From positions 62,001-126,000 of the forward strand of contig DF237011.1 in NCBI GenBank assembly GCA_000708835.1: a stretch of DNA of 64,000 nt. The letters are read 5' to 3'. Within the stretch, counting starts at the first letter, position 1; each line of letters starts with the position of its first letter. The translations under genes were made by a program, and so were the position numbers. Below, piece by piece: positions 61,738-64,000 of this stretch. Below the pieces are notes generated by a model that did not search any database, was not told the origin of the DNA, and worked only from the letters and a program-made list of their open reading frames with translations. The stretch is from Klebsormidium nitens. Its lineage: Eukaryota; Plantae; Klebsormidiophyceae.

Positions 61738-63993
61738 TCATCGCCTGGAGCGCTGCTCCTCTTGATCCCAATCGTCCCAGTTGTCGTCCCAACCCTGCGT
61801 CGACTCCTCGTCCGTCATAGTCCGGGGGCTCCGATCGGGGCCGTAACCGGAACTGTAACTGTTCAAGGCCATCCCCGCCCCTACCGGATGCTGCCCAAGA
61901 GCGCTCGACAGGTCCCCCTGAACATTCAGTAGTAAGCGCGGGGTTAGGTAGTAGATTAATAGATCATTTTGCGGACTGCGAGAGCTCGGGGGTGGATTAT
62001 ACGGATTTGGAAACGGGTGCATCGTCTTTTCTATTGCGTGAAAGCCTAATAAAATAGTCTTTAGATCTAAGTAAGAAGTTTCGGCCTTTTGGGATTCAGC
62101 CTCAAGGGGAAGCGCTTTTCGCCAGGGCTAGGCTCAGCCTATGGTTTAGGTTGATAGTCCAATGTAGGATCTGGTCATGGCCTGGCGAACGGGTGGGGTT
62201 ATTTTGGTGGTTAGGGTGGGTAAGGGTGCGGAGCGGGTGTATTTGTCCGTTTTGGGTTTAGGTTTTCAGATTTCATGTCCCCGGAGAATGTTACTATCCT
62301 ACCTAGGAACGATCCTACCTAGATTATAGGAAGATCCTGAACAAGAACTTTCTGATTATACCACTGGAAATTGTAATAAGTAGAATTTAGATTGTTTTGT
62401 TCTCACTGATTTGTAAGTTAGGTCCTGTCAGCCAGGAAAAATTAGCAACAACCATAATCGGATACATTGACGTCCGTTTCAGATCCCGTTTGCGACCTCT
62501 TCACCACTTACAGCCCGGATACATTCGGGCTTAACCGGGCTTGTCCAAGTGCGGCTGAACGACTGCGCTTGTCCTATTGAGAAATCAGGACCGAAACAGG
62601 TCGCATGCACAACGGACCTAAAGGCATACAGAACGGAAGGGGAAGTCCCAAATCCGGGAGACATCGTCCCTGGCACGCACTGAGTGCATCCCGAGAGCCT
62701 AAAACAGGTGTCTTTCCCCACGAGATTCTCGAACCCAACCACAAGCCAACCTCGGCCTTGACCGCAATGCTGACCTCAGTCTTAACCACGCACTAACCTG
62801 CATCTCCAGCTCCTTGTACTTGAACGTGGGCGATCATAACCAAAAGGCACCCTTGGCCTTAACCGCACGCTGACCTCATATTAACCACGCACTAACCTGC
62901 ATCTCCAGCTCCTTGTACGTGAAAGTGGGCGATCATAACCAAAAGGCACCCTTGGCCTTAACCGCATGCTGACCTCAATCTTAACCACGCACTAACCTGC
63001 ATCTCCAGCTCCTTGTACTTGAAACTGGACGCCCCGTGCCGCTGCTGTCGGCGCCGGCAAACATACCACGCCAACGCAGCCAGCCCGACAATCGTGGAAC
63101 CCACCTGGTGACGTCACGAAAACGTCAGCGTCTGGCAAGGCAGCCGTCATCGAACCGTTAGGATGTCTTGAAGCCGCGAAAGGAGAAAGAAAGAGATGAA
63201 AACAAGATTGCGAACGAGCAAGAAAGAAATCCAAGCGAGTGTTCCAACACAGAACCGCCACGAAACAGTTGCACCTGGTGGCGTCACAGAAAAACCGTGA
63301 TCGTCAGTCAAGGCAGCCGTCACTAAATTCTTTATAGCCGTCAGGGGGATGATTTGAAGTAAAACAACGATTTTCTTTCAACCCCCGAGACAGGACCGTC
63401 AGGAGCAGTTAGACCTTCTTATGTCACACACAACGTCAGCGGCTGTCCCGGCAGCCGTCATTGACTCGTCGAAAATCGTCAGGGAGGAAGATAACGGCAT
63501 GCCGATTGTCGAAGCGGAGCCGTCAGGAAACAACTGTTCGGCCATCCAAAAACAGAGAACGAACGGACCAGGATCGGTGAGTGATGCCACGGGCAAAGTC
63601 GCGGTGTTACATTCAGAGAAGCACCGACGTCGCTTTCCCAGCGCACATGTTCATTGCGCCTCCAATCACTCATCTTCACGAGCCCACACTGAGATACACC
63701 CCAACGACTATTCGACCTGACCCGCTGTGAAGAGCTACCTACAATCTTAGTGCAATCACAAACTATCTGTCAAGATTGTAATAGAACCTACTTTTTACAT
63801 TCCGAATCGTTTAAATCCTTACCGCAACCACCGCTGTGCTGCTGAGGCTCGAGCTTGGCAAGTTGTCGGTCCAGTCGGTTTTTCCGAGGGCCGCCCGTGT
63901 GATCTCGAAGTACTCGTCCCCTCCATTCGACTTAATTTGGATCCGCTCCGAGGAGCCTTTGAGCCCCTTCGGATCTAGAACCGTGATGCTTAT
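61738..63993 (-). CDS. Plant-specific single-pass membrane protein (At1g64385/At3g51580-like, recalled from memory), 3' part; 5' end is beyond the window
   Basis: Exons (minus) 63993-63823, 63104-62997, 61917-61738, all phase 0. TM TAVVAVGSTIVGLAALAWYVC, basic RRRQQR, KYKELEMQ and C-terminal GWDDNWDDWD are characteristic of this family as I recall it. Confidence 0.75.
62750..63025 (-). repeat. Young ~100-bp tandem triplication of an exon end plus donor site
   Basis: Units at ~62769, 62869 and 62968 are nearly identical. Each carries T(T/C)CA(A/C)GTACAAGGAGCTGGAGATGCAG|GTTAGT on the minus strand. Confidence 0.95.
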
Positions 63994-64000
63994 CTGCACG

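Noticed and set aside
1-64000. tRNA, rRNA or snRNA genes
   Set aside because: No cloverleaf or conserved RNA motifs recognised by eye; a covariance-model scan would be needed to exclude them.

Overview
Eukaryotic nuclear DNA, intron-rich (GT-AG introns), with a streptophyte/plant-type gene set. A charophyte alga such as Klebsormidium is my inference from gene content and intron style. I assembled 11 genes by hand: MTA/METTL3 (5'-truncated), an intronless F-box/LRR-like gene, a conserved plastid-type membrane protein, two BTB proteins, UBLCP1, a cold-shock/CCHC protein, calnexin, PDI5-type thioredoxin-ERGIC protein, ClpR1, and a 5'-truncated single-pass membrane protein. There is also one TA-flanked MITE. 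The main unexplained signal is 'exon echoes'. In 8 of the 10 multi-exon genes, introns contain tandem, decayed copies (about 100-170 bp units, up to about 7 per junction) of a segment straddling the adjacent splice site. Acceptor plus exon start is copied upstream; exon end plus donor is copied downstream. Ages range from near-identical (62750-63025) to barely alignable. Several well-preserved echoes differ from the live exon mostly at synonymous positions, which simple neutral decay does not predict. All coordinates, alignments and counts were done by eye; no searches were run.
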